DNA of 64,000 bases, from NCBI GenBank assembly GCA_013239625.1, contig MU054187.1:4785757-4849756 (forward strand). The letters are read 5' to 3'. The notes beneath the pieces are model-generated. The model was not told the origin of the DNA. It worked only from the letters and a program-made list of their open reading frames with translations, and did no database searches. Of the stretch, positions 36,753 through 49,699 are shown piece after piece; position 1 is the stretch's first letter; each line of letters starts with the position of its first letter. This DNA is from Lama guanicoe. Lineage: Eukaryota. The translations under genes were made by a program, and so were the position numbers.

Positions 36753-37085
36753 GGTTAGGGGCTGAATCGCATCCCCTCCCATTCAGATGCTGAAGTTCTA
36801 ACCCTCAGCGCCTCAGAACGTGATCATATTTGGAGACGGGTCTTCAGTGAAAATGAGGTCCGCAGGGTGGGCCTAACCCAGTATGACCAGTGTCCTGGAG
36901 GGACGAGGACCCTTGGACACAGACACGAAACACGGGGAAGGCAGCCACGGGAAGCACAGGAGAGAGGCCTCAGAGGGAACCAGACCTGTCCACGCCTTGA
37001 TCTCGGACGTCTGGCCTCCTGGACTTTCTGACAGTTAGGCTGCCTGTCTGCGGGGCTGCGGGACGATGGCCTCGAACAACAGACG
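36753..37085 (+). mobile_element. MLT1B-like MaLR LTR
   Basis: gctgaagttctaaccctcagcgcctcagaacgtgatcatatttggagacgggtctt...ggtgggcctaacccagtatgaccagtgtcc...gagagaggcctcagag. Confidence 0.85.
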
Positions 37086-37497
37086 TGTGCGGGGAGCCTG
37101 CTCCCTTCTCCGTGCCTCTCTGCTGTTCCTGTGTGGCTGATCCTGCCCTCTTCCCACAGGTGCCTGTGTTCCTGGCGGGTTTCCTAATACAATATCCCAC
37201 CGGCTACAGGCAGAGCTGTGCACACCTGGTCTCCCTCTCATAACTGCAGACCGTCCTCAGGTTAATCTCCAGGGCCTTGCCTTCCTGTCATGTGATGACT
37301 TACAGCAAAAGATAAGGCTGCTCAAGCTAACTCTGCCAAATATCACTATTAGCCTCCAAGCTGAGATACAGCCTTCGCTCAGTTAAAGACGTTAAGGATG
37401 TTAAAACATAACAGAAGCTCTCAAGGTGGGATGTGAGGCTTAAGAACTTCAGATACAGGCGTTAATCAGAAGAGAGAGTTATTTTTGTTTCTTTCCA

Positions 37498-37869
37498 TTT
37501 TTAAAAACTGAAGTAGAGTCAGTTTACAATGTTGTGTCAGTTTCTGGTGTACAGCACAATGTTTCAGTCATACATGGATATACATATATTCCTTTTCACA
37601 TTCTTTTTCATTATCAGTTACAAGATACTGAATATAGTTCTCTGTGCTGTGCAGTAGAAATTGCTGTTTATTGTATAAATAGTAGTTAGTATCTGCAAAT
37701 CTCGAACTCCTAATTTATCCCTTCCCACCCCGTTTCCCCCTCGGTAACCATAAGTTTGTTTTCTATGTCTGTGAGTCTGTTTCTATCTTTTTTTTTTTTT
37801 AAATAAGTTCATTTCTGTATTTTTTTTAGATTCCACATATAAGTGATATCATATGGTATTTTTCTTTCT
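37498..37869 (-). mobile_element. Camelid L1 3' end
   Basis: tgaagtagagtcagtttacaatgttgtgtcagtttctggtgtacagcac...ttagattccacatataagtgatatcatatggta. Confidence 0.9.
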
Positions 37870-38288
37870 AGACGAGAGATTCCTGAGTAAGGGAAACTTG
37901 TAGCATCTTTTGAATCATCCTTCAAAGCTCACGCAAAAGGCTGACTCCACTGAAAGGAATATTTTGGCAGATGGAGGGGCTGAGAATCACTGGGTAAATT
38001 TACTCTCATTTACAATCTCATGGCTTGTTTGGCTTCACTAATTAAATCAATATTTCTTCTGTATTTTTTTTCTCTTAAAAAATAAAAAACCCCAAATATA
38101 GTAGTAACCTAATGCCTGTAGGCACCTGCATTTCATCTTCTGGAGACTTTTTAATGTTATAATTCCCTCAGCCACTCTGTAATTCTTTATTAAGTTTTAA
38201 TGTTGCTTAAACTCTCCATCTGTAGACAATAAATACATTTCCCCCCCTCGTTGCCAGCAGGTCTAGTATTTCCCTGCGGTCTGTTTTA

Positions 38289-38305
38289 GAGCTCCCTCTG
38301 GTGGT
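38289..38305 (-). promoter_or_regulatory. CTCF-like motif
   Basis: Minus strand ACCACCAGAGGGAGCTC in apparently non-repetitive sequence. Confidence 0.5.
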
Positions 38306-39989
38306 TTAAAGCTATTATGATACATCCATCTGTAGCATCTGCATCCATTCCATCTCACCATGATTGCTAAGACCGGCTCACCAAAACAAAAGAGTGGAAG
38401 TTATGTTTGCAATAGATGGCAACAGGACGGTGCCCAGCTTTACAAATTAAGAGTAATGACTCAACTTGTGACTGTCAGGGAAAGGACAGGAGAATTTGGG
38501 GGAGGCAGGTTACAACCACTCTATCAAATGGCTTTTATTCCGTCTGGAGAAACAAAACATATTCTGAAGGATGCATTTTATATTTCTATCGTTTGCTGAA
38601 TTTGGCTAGTTTTTGGTCTGGGGTGAAGGTAGAGAAATTGCTTTGGTTTTGTGCTATGGCTTTGCTCATGTTAATGTCATGTTTGTGCACAGACCTCTTA
38701 GAGGGGCAATACGACTGCTTATTAGCGCCTTTTAAGACTTTTTCTCACTTGATGATGGATCATGAGGAGAAAGAGCTCAGTGTCCTGTGTTCACAGCTGC
38801 TCCTTTGCCTAATGTCTTTCTTTCTATTTATTATTTATTTGTCTTTTCTTGTGGTAAAAACACATACAATTTACCATCGCAGCCGTTTTGTGGTGTGCAG
38901 TTTCTGTCTCTTTCTGACTTGCATCTTCTTCTCTCTGTCCCCTCATGCCATCCTTGTCACTTGTAAAACTTAAGTACTGATACTGAAGTGAGATAAAACG
39001 TAGAAGGATTACAATGATACATTGGCCTGCATTAAGACTTGACCAGAAAGCCCTGTGAAAAACTTTTCAAAACAACAGAAAACAAACCTAGATGGGTATC
39101 AAAATGAATGTTCTCCTTCTCAAAGTCACAGACCTGGGAAATCAAACACTGATTACAGGGACTTAATCTCAGATTCTGTCTTTTACTTCAGAGAATATTA
39201 AAGGTGAGTTATAGCCTCCTTCTTGCAAAACAATTCCTCTTCAGAAGCAGGTTTAGTTTTCGGAGACTGACAGTTAATAAAAGAGAAGACACACCGAGCC
39301 ATATCTAGGAGGGTCAAAGATAAACCTCAGCTTAATTAAGGAGATGTCTTTTCCTATAATACTTGTAAGTGGATTTTTCAGGCAATTCCAAAAGAGCAAA
39401 TTTAAAAACGGCTTGGGAAACAGCAGCATTTTGGGTTTAAAGGAAAAAAAAAAAGTCAAGCTGTTTAGAGTTGACAAAACATGTCGACTTATATTTACTC
39501 ATTTGACCGTAAAGCAGAGAAGTAGATGGAGGGCTGTTATTACTATTGTCCCCAACATGTGGATGAGGAAACAGACTTGTGGAGGCCCGGTGTCTGGCTG
39601 GGGGTGCTGGGGCTCTCTCTGTGGGAGGGATCTACCTGGGGAGGGGACGGCGAGCCCCGTGCTCGTCCCAGCTCCGCCACCACCCTGCGCTGCCTGCTGC
39701 TCAGGGCACGTGATTTGAGATATGGTTTATGATATGTTTGTTTCGTTAAAAAAATCAGACAACTCATCATAAACTTGTACATCTTGTAACAGTCAAAGCC
39801 TCTGTCACAAGCGGGAATGAAGTCCAGAAGAATATTTGTCCAACGTGTGAACAGTTAAATGGTAACATCATCTAACTTTCTCCTGGAAGCAATGGACGTG
39901 TGTGTACGTATTGATAATCAGAAAAAAAAGAGTGTTATTTGTAAAATCAATTTTAAAAGAACTAATTGCTGAGTTCATAATTGATATAC

Positions 39990-41850
39990 TTTTTTTTAAA
40001 TTAAGATTTTATTTTTTAGAGCAGTTTAAGTTGACAGCAAAAGTGAGGGGAAGAGTCAGAGGTTTACGTATATCCGCCTCCCCCACACACAGGCAGCCTC
40101 TGCGTTCCCAACATCCCGCACCGCAGCGGTGTGTTTGCTGCAGTTAATGAGCCCACATCGACACGTCTTCGTTACCCAAAGTCCATAGTTTGCATTACAG
40201 TTCGCTCTCGGTGTTGCACGTTCTAAGGATCTGGACAAATGTGTAATGACATGCATCCCTCATTGTGATATCATGCAGAGTATTTCCACAGCTCTAAACA
40301 TCCTCTTTTCTGCCCACCCTGAGAAATCACTAATCTATTTTTTAACTGAAGTGTAGTTGATTTACAGTATTGTGTTAGTTTAAGGTGCACAGCAAAATGA
40401 GTCGGTTATACATATATATATATGTATATTTCTATGTTCTTTTTCATATTCTTTTCCATTCTAGTTTATTACAAGATATTGATATAGTTCCCTGTGCTAT
40501 ATAATAAACCCTTGTTGTTTACCTGTTTTATATATAGTAGTGTGCATCTGTTAATCCCATACTCCCAATTTATCCCTCCTCCCTACTTCCCCTTTGGTAA
40601 CCATAAGTGTGTTTTCTATGTCTGTGCGTCTGTTTCTGGTTTGTAAATAAGTTCATTTGTACTAGTTTTAGATTCCACATTTAAGTGATAGCTTGTAATA
40701 TTTGTCTTTCTCTGACTTACTTCGCTTAGTATGATAATCTCTAGATTCATCCATGTTGCTACAAATGGCATTATTTCATTCTTTTATGGCTGAGAAGTCT
40801 TCCACTGTGTGTGTGTGTACGTGTGTGTATATCACTCTTCTTTATACACTCATCTGTTGGTGGACACTTAGGTTGCTTCCATGTCTAGGCTCTTGTAAAT
40901 GGTGCTGCTGTGAACACTGGGGTGTGTGTATCTTTTCAAATTACAGCTTTTGTCTTTTGCAGGTATATACCCACTAGTGAAATTTGCTGGATCATATGCA
41001 AACTCCATTGTTCATTTTTTAAGAAACCTCCATACTGTGCTCTATCGCGGCTGCACCAATTTACATTCCCACCAACAGTGTTGGAGGGTTCCCTTTTCTC
41101 CACACCCTCTCCAGCGTTCATTATTTGTAGACTTTTGAATGATGGCCATTCTGACTGGTGTGAAGTGATACCTCATTTTAGTTTTGATTTGTATTTCTCT
41201 AATAATTAGCGATGCTGAGCATTTTTTCATGTGCCTGTTGGCCATCTGTATGTCTTCTTTGGAGAAATGTCTATTTAGGTCTTCTGCCCATTTTTTGGTC
41301 AGAAACCACTGATCTTTTTACAGTCTCCATAGTTGTGCCTTTTCTACAATGTCATATAGTTGGAATCAAACAGTATATAACCTTTTCAGATAGGCTTTTT
41401 TTCACTTAGTTATATGCATTTAAGTTTCCTCTGTGTCTTTTCATGGCTTGATAGCTCATTTCTTTTTAGCACTGAATAATATTTCATTGCATGGCTGTAC
41501 CACAGTTTATCCATTTACCTCCTGCAGGTTGCTTCCAAGTTTTGACAATTATGAATAAAGCTGCTATAAACATCCAAGTGCAGGTTTTTGTGTTGACAAG
41601 AGTTTTCATTGGGTAAATTCCAAGGAGCACAGTTGCTGGATCATACAGTAAGACTGTGTTTAGTTTTGTAAGAAACAGACAAACTGTCCTCCAGAATGGC
41701 TGTACCATTTTGTATTTCCATCAGCAATGAATGAGAGCACGGTTGCCCCACATTTTCATCAGCATTTAGAATTGTCAGTGTTTTGGAGTTTGGTTATTCT
41801 AACAGCTGTGTAGTAGTATCTCATTGTTCTTTCACTTTACATCTCCCTGA
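39990..41850 (-). mobile_element. L1MC-like 3' end interrupted by a younger L1
   Basis: ttttagagcagtttaagttgacagcaaaa start; resumes after 41300 with cactgatctttttacagtctccatagtt. Confidence 0.85.
40337..41300 (-). mobile_element. Younger artiodactyl/camelid L1 (about 960 bp, 5'-truncated), nested
   Basis: ORF2 C-terminus in ORF 41042..41245 ([36 protein letters not shown]...[11 protein letters not shown]); TSD agaaatcactaatct (40322-40336) / agaaaccactgatct (41301-41315). Confidence 0.92.
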
Positions 41851-42999
41851 ATTTGCAGCTTCTTTAAAAACATTTTTAGAATATTAGAATTGAGCTTTTG
41901 ACTTGGAGAGCTAGTTACGGAAAAATTCTTGAAGATGTATGTATATGGGAAGAAATTATTCTAAACCCTTTACTGAATAAGAAGATATATGGTGGGTTTG
42001 GATTTTTTTTAATGATTTTTATTCTTTTTTTTAAAAAACCTCTTTGAAATTCTAATGAAAAAATGTGAACTCTCTCATCAGGAATATGTACATGATGTTA
42101 GAATTTTGCCAGTAGTTTCAGAGAATTTTCAGACTACCTGAACACCGTCCACAGGCCACACATTACCTATTCCTGGTTCTTCTTCTGAAAAATTTCTTTA
42201 TGATTATCAAAGTTTATATTTTTATGTGTTAGAATTATAATAACATCTTAACTGGTAAAATAAAATTAATAATTCTCTATAATTTGAGAAAATATTTCTG
42301 TATTAGCATAAAGAGATTTTTTTTTTATCATCTCTGTAAGTTCCTGACTGTGTTAAGGTCTTCTTAAGTATCTTATTCAAACTATGTACTCTTTCCAGAA
42401 AGGCTTGAAGGCAGTTTACAAATTTGCACTAGATAAAACAAGGCAAAAGTAAAGATAATTAAGTGAGTAAATTTGGGCAAAGAGACAGCAGGGAAAATAA
42501 ACTGAAATAATGTCTGCTTTGAGGACTTAGACGTGGACCACCTCTTGGACTCACTGGAGGTGACGTTCGCTGAGTCAGTGATCCTAAGACAAGATCTAAT
42601 CAGGGCTTAGCAGAAGCACGTTTATTTTTGGCACTAAATCCAGAGAAAATGGTTTCTGGCAGTTCTAATCAGGAGGACAGGGGCAGCGGGCTGAACAATG
42701 TCTTTAAAAACATCCAGGCTGTGAACACAATAATGAATTACCCAGGGCTGCTGCTTACAGAGAAGATGTCAGTAGCGACAAAGGCTCTGATGGCTAACTG
42801 TAGGTCAGTGAGCAACTTTCCGGGTCGGGGGACGTAAGCAGTATGGCCCCTGCGCCGGGCACTAGGACTCTCTGACTTTGGTCCAACAGTAGGCGTAGAG
42901 GAAGGCTTAGATTGTCTGTCCTTTGGCAGTCTTCCACAAAGATAGCTTTTCTCAATGACTTTTGATAAATATTTGTAAAAGGTCCATCAGAATAATACG

Positions 43000-43449
43000 T
43001 GCATGCGGTATTTTGAAATAAAATTCATATTTTATGGCAAGACAAAAATTTAAACATAAAGATTCTTGTCCGCCCTTTAGCCTCCTCTTTTCCCCCCTGT
43101 ACATTGCGTATTTGCATTTATGCACCGACCAAACCTCCCCCATTAGCAGACATACCTGCTCAACCACGAAGAGCAACAGTCTCTTGGCATCAACAAGACA
43201 ACGCCTTCAAAGATAACATTCCTTCTTAATCGTACAAGGGGCTTAGATCTGGATTGTGTAAACTGTCAATGATACATCATTTAATGCATGGCCCTCTGTC
43301 TCAAAAAACTTAGAGAACTGTGCCGTGACTTCTAACGGGTGGAACAGTTCTTGGGCTTTCTGAGATGCTGTTCCCCGGGTTATAATCCTCAATTTGGTTC
43401 AAATAAAATTTTCCATTTGTTTCTTAGATCGACTGATTTTTTTCTCAAC
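43000..43449 (+). mobile_element. ERV1-class (MER34-like) LTR
   Basis: gaacagttcttgggctttctgagatgctgttccccgggttataatcctcaatttggttcaAATAAAattttcc U3/R/U5 pattern; left boundary uncertain. Confidence 0.6.
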
Positions 43450-44519
43450 GGTGTCAAATAGTAGATAACAGCTTTGCCACAAGCAACTCCCCCTGGGCCT
43501 CCCCACCCTCTCGGCTCATTCCTCAGAGGCACTTCCTACCTGCTTATTTCTTCTGGTGGTCACTTTCAGAACACTAAGCAAAATTTCTTGACTTCTTGAA
43601 ATTTTGGATAAAATCTAAATTTTAATTTTAGATTTAGCTGAGCTATGCTACTCACCTCTGATGGATAACTTTTTAAATCATTTTTTAATGAGGAATTTTA
43701 TTTATGTTTCAGTTTTCAGTTTTATTAGGTAGAATTGTTACAGTTTGACTGCACATATACAATCTGTTGCATGTAAATACATGTACGCAATATACTGCAC
43801 ATATTTTTATTTTTAGTTCTTTTAAAAACTTACACTAATAAAACTCTATCTCATGTTTCTTCAGATGTAATTCCCTCATGTAGGATGAAGCTACTGGCAT
43901 CTCTAAATTACTCCCTTCCTTTGTAAATTATACTTTTATTTTCACATTGTATATATTGCTAAAAATTGTATTCTGTTCTGTAACCTTGTTTTTTTCATAT
44001 GCTGAATTACTTCTGACAAGCAGCTATCTTATGGTTATTAAATTACTATTCGCTTTTAGACCAAGTGGTATGCTTCGATTATACTTCCTTTCTGGTGGGT
44101 CACAGTCTGTGAACCACTTGAAGGAAAATGCTCTTAACATCATGATCAACTGGATCTCATTCTTCCAAACACTTACACATCATACTACGTTGGAATTTGC
44201 GAAAATGGACCATAATTTTCTTTTACAGCTTTTGATTTTGCCTGGAGTTTCCAATAAACTTTTATTTCTTATTCACAAAACAGTAGTATTGAATATCCTC
44301 ACATTCTCCCATCTTTACAGTTGTGCCACATGTTGTGTGGGTCCTTTGCTTGGGTCCCCTTCCTCAGTGGGGGGCCCTCCGCATGCCTTGTCCTCTGCTC
44401 CCATCTGGCCATGTGTTCGCCGGAGCTGCTGAACCGTGTCACCTTTGGATTTGTCTTCACAGCTCAGCCTCTCAGTGGTTAACCCAGCCCTATCTCTTTT
44501 CTTTCCTCTACTATCTTTA

Positions 44520-45330
44520 ATCTTCAAGTGACTTCCTAAGAAAAGGTATGAAGGAGTTAAATTTTCTAAGTGTTTGAATGTCTCAGTGTGTCTTCATTCT
44601 GTCCCCGCACGTGACTGGTCATTTGTCTGGGTCCAGCATGTTAGGTTAAAATTTGTTTAACATCAAAACATTGAAGGCCTCGCTCCATCGTCCTCTCACA
44701 TCCATTGTTACAGACGAGAAGTCTGGCGTCAGTTTGATCACTGAGTTTTTGTAGGTAATCTGTTCCATCTCTTTGGCAGCTTTTAGGAACTTCTCTTTAT
44801 CCTGCATAATCTAAAATTCACAGCAATGTATTTAGGTGTTTTCCCCACCTATCTCATGGTCCTGTTCAATTGGTAAATCCTGTCCTTTCGAACTTATTAT
44901 TCAGATGTTGAGCCTAAAGAAATGATCCTTTAATTTTCTTATATTTTCTTTCCTACTTTTTAGTCGTCTTTGTTCCACTTCCTGGGATATTTTCGCAGCT
45001 CTGTCTACCAGCCTTCCATTTGACTGGCCCTTTGTGCCCCTTTTCTCTCATTCTCTGTTTTTGAGAGGACATCTCTACCCACTTACTGTTTTACAAACTC
45101 TGCTTTTACTATTAACATTACATTTTTCCCCCAAGAGCTTTTTCTTTGGTTCCTGATTATGTTCTTTCATGGCACACTGTTCTGTTTTTGTATCCCAGTT
45201 CTTCCTGAGCACACTAAAAATACATTAAAAAATTTCTATTTTCTGAATTTCCCATTTACTCTTTCTTCACATTTGACTTTTATGCTGCTGGGTTTTCTCC
45301 TATTTCTAGGGATTCATGATTGACATTCTT
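44520..45330 (-). mobile_element. Very old L1 ORF1 or HAL1-like fragment
   Basis: T-rich; gaatgtctcagtgtgtcttcattctg...gagaagtctggcgtcagtttgat antisense ORF1-like motifs. Confidence 0.5.
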
Positions 45331-45916
45331 ATTTAAGGGAAAGCTTAGGGTACCCTAAGGCCAAAAGGAGATCAGGTATTTACTCCAGGCAGCCAAAACC
45401 CCCACTGGAAACTTTAAAACTCTCCAGAGAGTGGTCATATCTTTTTAGTAAAGAGTCCTCTGGATTTTTCCCCAGAGTTAAATGCTGGATTTCCTGAGTG
45501 GCTAGGCAGGCAGGGGACTGAGGGGTATGTCCTTTGTGTATGCAGGTCTTTACTAGATTCCCTGCTATCAGCCCCACTTCTTACTCCTGCCCTCGGTCAG
45601 ATCTTCTGGCCCTGAGCCTGGAGAATCATCCATGTTCCCAGAGGCAGATGGTTCCCATCTCTCTTGCAGCCCCCTTGGGGCACAGTCCTCGTGGCTGCTC
45701 CTTCTGCCATGTTCCTTCTGACGGTGCCTTCCACCCACTTTACATGGCCCACCCACTTGTTGAAATCTCTCATATGATACTTCTCATGCTCATTGCTATT
45801 ATAAAATATTCTTTTAATGTATTTTTCTAATTTTATTTCACTGGGAGGAATAGAAAGGATATGTATTCACTTCCTTTCTGTAGGTGCTCAACAGCAGTCA
45901 GCTGCAGATTATGCTC

Positions 45917-46297
45917 TGTTACGAACTCAAATGTGTCACTTCAAAATTCATAGGTTGACACCTTGTCCCCAGTGTGACTATATTTGGACATACGACCTTT
46001 AATGAAGTAGTTAAGGTTAAATAAGGTCATAAGTGTGGGGTGCTAATCCATTAGGACTGGTGTCCTTATAAGAAGAGGAGGAAGGACCAGGAATGCACAT
46101 GCACAGAAAGAAGACAATGAGAGAATAAATACATAGGAGAATAAATGAGAAGTTGACCATCTGCAGGCCAAGGAGAGAGCTAACCTGACGATATCTTCTT
46201 CTTGGATTTCCCGCCTCCAGAACTGTGAGCAATAAATGCCCATTTAATCCACCCAGTCAATGGTATTTTGTTACAGCAGCTTGAGCTGACTAATACA
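45917..46297 (+). mobile_element. MLT1A/B-like MaLR solo LTR
   Basis: TGTTA...TAATACA ends, ggactggtgtccttataagaagagg, cagaactgtgagcAATAAA; 5-bp flanks tgctc / cactc. Confidence 0.9.
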
Positions 46298-46509
46298 CAC
46301 TCCAAGAATAGAACCCATAGCGCAGATAGTCTCTATTACCAAGTAAGTGCTGGGCTTACCATTTCACTGACACATGAAAGGGAGGAGTCTAAGGAAAATA
46401 CTCTTACGGAAGAGAAGGCCATTCTAATTCTACACGGCAGTGGACTGAGGGAACTCCCCAGGCTGGCTCGGACAGTTTTTAAGAGACAGTTTGGGCTGTA
46501 GGTGACTTC

Positions 46510-46577
46510 ATGTATATACATACACACATACACACTCACACACACACATACATACGTATACATATGTATGTATGTAT
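46510..46577 (+). repeat. (CA)n/(TATG)n microsatellite
   Basis: Read directly from the sequence. Confidence 0.85.
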
Positions 46578-46579
46578 TA

Positions 46580-47640
46580 GTAATGGGAAGGCTTTTCTAA
46601 AAATTATACTGAAGACAAGACTCACAATGGAGAAGAGTGATCAACATTACCAACATAAACGTTAAAAGTTCTATACAGAAAAAATTGCCTTACACAAACT
46701 TAAGAGTTGAAAATCTAGGGAAAATATCTGGACAACACACTTGAGATATGGCTCAGTGTTTACTAGTTAAGTAATTTTTTTAACGGAAAAAGTAAATATA
46801 ATAGAAAGCCTATAGAAATCAAAAGATAAGGACAAGCAACTCATAGAAGAAGAAATATAAATGTCCAACAGAAATGAAAACATGTCCACACTGACGCATG
46901 TATGTGAACGTTTGTAGTTGCACTACTTATAATAGTGCAAAGGGAAGACAACCCAAATGTCCATCAGCTAATGAATGGATGAGCAAAATGTGGTGTATCA
47001 TACAATAGAATGTTATTTGACCATAAAAAGGAATGAAATATGGAAACGTGGTACAATATGAAAGAATATTGAAAACTGAAAGAAGTTCCTCCAGAAGATC
47101 ACATATTATGTGATCCCATTTATGTGAATTGTCCAGAACAGGAAAATCTGTGGAGACAGAAAGTAGGCTAGTGGTTGCCTGTGGCTGGTGGTGGTGGTGG
47201 TGGTGGCGGTGGGAGGAGCGGTGGGGGTGGAGCCTAAGGAGCTGGTGCTGTGACAGCTAAAGCTCAGGGGGTTTCTTTCTTTTTTTGGTGGCGGGAGCAT
47301 AGGGAAAGTTTCATTTTTTAATCTAAATTATTATAAATACACTTCTTGAAGACAGGGGTTTTTTAAAAACTATTTAATGCTTATGTTTATTACTTGATAC
47401 AAAGTATTTTTTTTCAGATGTACAAGTTGATGAATTTTGATAGATGTATATATACACTAATGAAACCACAGTCAAGATAGCTAACATGTCCATCACTCAT
47501 GGAGTTTCTTTCTTGAGTGATGAAAATATTCTAAAATTGACTGTGGTGTTGGTTGCCCATAACTGTACGTATACTAAAAACTATTGAATTGTGCATTTTA
47601 AACAGATGATTTGGTATATGAACTATATCTCAATAAAGCT
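46580..47640 (+). mobile_element. Old L1 (L1MB-like) 3' region with an internal antisense L1 piece (about 47350-47500)
   Basis: acccaaatgtccatcagctaatgaatggatgagcaaaatgtgg...; ends tatatctcaataaagct. Confidence 0.8.
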
Positions 47641-49699
47641 CTTTGGATAAGAATGGGAGTGATGACTTCTAAGCTTTTTATATGTTGGAGCTGAAACCAA
47701 GTGACAATTATGACACATTCTTTAGTTGGTAGCAACAGGTTTAGTAGATGAATATTTACTGGCACCAGATGATGACACCACCTGCGACATCTTCCTGAGT
47801 AGAAATGGCGGTCTATAAAACAGTCTTAGACATGATCCTTTCCAACAAAATACTCTTACATACATAGAAAAATACATGTAAGGGTAAGTTTTAGAAGTGG
47901 TTATCCTTGCTGGTGGGATTATGAATATTTAGAATTTTCTCTTTCTGTACATCAGTACCGTCTACAGTGAATACCTACCTATCTAGCCATCCATCAACTT
48001 TGTGTTGGGAAAAGATATTAAAAAATTATTTTGCATCTGCTATAATACAGTCAAAATCCTAGAGAATGAGGCTGCAGCATTGCATCTTGAAAAATTCTCA
48101 AAGGAATTTTCAGCAAGCATCTAAACTTTCATAAAGAAACAATCCTGGTAAAAGACTCATAGAACATGTAATTTTGAATGATATAACCTCGTGTGCCCTT
48201 CAAGATGAACTGGCTGGGAAATAAGTGTACGTGCTAGTCAATGGATGGGGTACGTCACTGAATAGGGCAGTGAGCTTTAAGCCCATTAAGTATTAAACGA
48301 TATTTATGAAGTCCACATTGATTTTGGAATAGTTTATCTGAATACTTTCTTTTTAATAGCAATTAGCTTTAAAAAAAAGCCAATAGGACTTGGCTCTCTG
48401 TGTCTGGGCATTTATCTTTCTTCTAAGTGAAAGAGTTAGGTGGAAGAGTGAAGAGAGTAATACATCTGGTTCACCCCAAAATATCATTAAATCTTTAAAG
48501 GATATTTAAAAGAGCAAAGAAAATACTGTGCATTCTTATACTACAAATAGGGATATAAGGTAGCCATGGTGAGTATGTTTATATAATAGACTTATTTACA
48601 AATCTCTCAAACATTGTTTTTTCATCTGTATGTAGATATATTATACCAGAGTAAGGATATAGTTCCTTAAAATCACCACCCACGTGTCATAATCTTTTTT
48701 TTTTTTTTCTGTTGCCTATTCCAAACACAGTAAAATATTTGCGGCCTGTGATTGAAAAGTATTTTTTATCGTCTCAGTGAAACAGTGCTTCCTTTTGCTC
48801 TCAGGTTTGTACAATAATTTATATGGTCACCTGACCTATAGGAATATTATTCAGTGTCACAGTTTGAAACATCATATTTTTATGGATTTAAAGTTATTTC
48901 ATACATTTTTCTGTAAGTATATTAAATGCGAACTTTTCAAATGGGTAGAAATGCAGATGGGTTTAGTGAGAACAGAAAATCAGGAGGTAGTTCAGTTATA
49001 ACATTATACTTAGCATTTATTGAACAGCTACTATGTACCTGGCACTAGCAGGTACCTGGCATGCACTGTCTCTTTTAATCCACTCAGTGAGCTAATAACG
49101 TAGGAAACAGGCTCAAAGAGTTTATACATCTTGTTTAACATAACCACACGCTACAGAGGACCATACTGAGTATTAACTAATATAGGTATTTTTAAAGTTA
49201 TCATTTCAGATGGCATTAAGCATATTAAATGTAAATAAACGGGTACTTTATTTATGAATATCTGGCACGTTTGGCAGCTCTAAGATGGTCCTAATGACAC
49301 TATGCCTTGGTGTTTATGCCTTTGTGTAATCTCCTCCTCTTGAGGGTTGATTCTATTAACTCACTTCTAACAAACAGAATATACAGCAAAATGAGCTTTG
49401 ATATAAATAAACAATTGAATCAGTCAGTCAATCAGTCAAAGAGAAGAGACAGCTCTTCTTCACAGTAGAATTCCAACTAGCAAGTTTAAAACAAAGGTGG
49501 GAAATAGAGAATCATATTAGGCAAACACCACAGTAACAAATGTTACAGAACCAGAGCCGCTGCTGGGCGCTCACTTGATGGGAAAAGTTTAAGAATCAGG
49601 CCAAGTCTTAAGTAATCTTCCCCAAAGGCATCCATTTCAGTGGGACTCAACAGACACCAACCTAACCAATTGCTCAAGGCAACAGGACCAGTAAGACAC

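Noticed and set aside
38416..38973. 185-aa hydrophobic ORF as a membrane protein
   Set aside because: The F/L/C richness follows from T-rich DNA, the 3' part overlaps an L1-tail-like fragment, and there is no splice or family support.
43947..44432. 161-aa ORF
   Set aside because: TTG start within T-rich, probably decayed L1 sequence; no motif.
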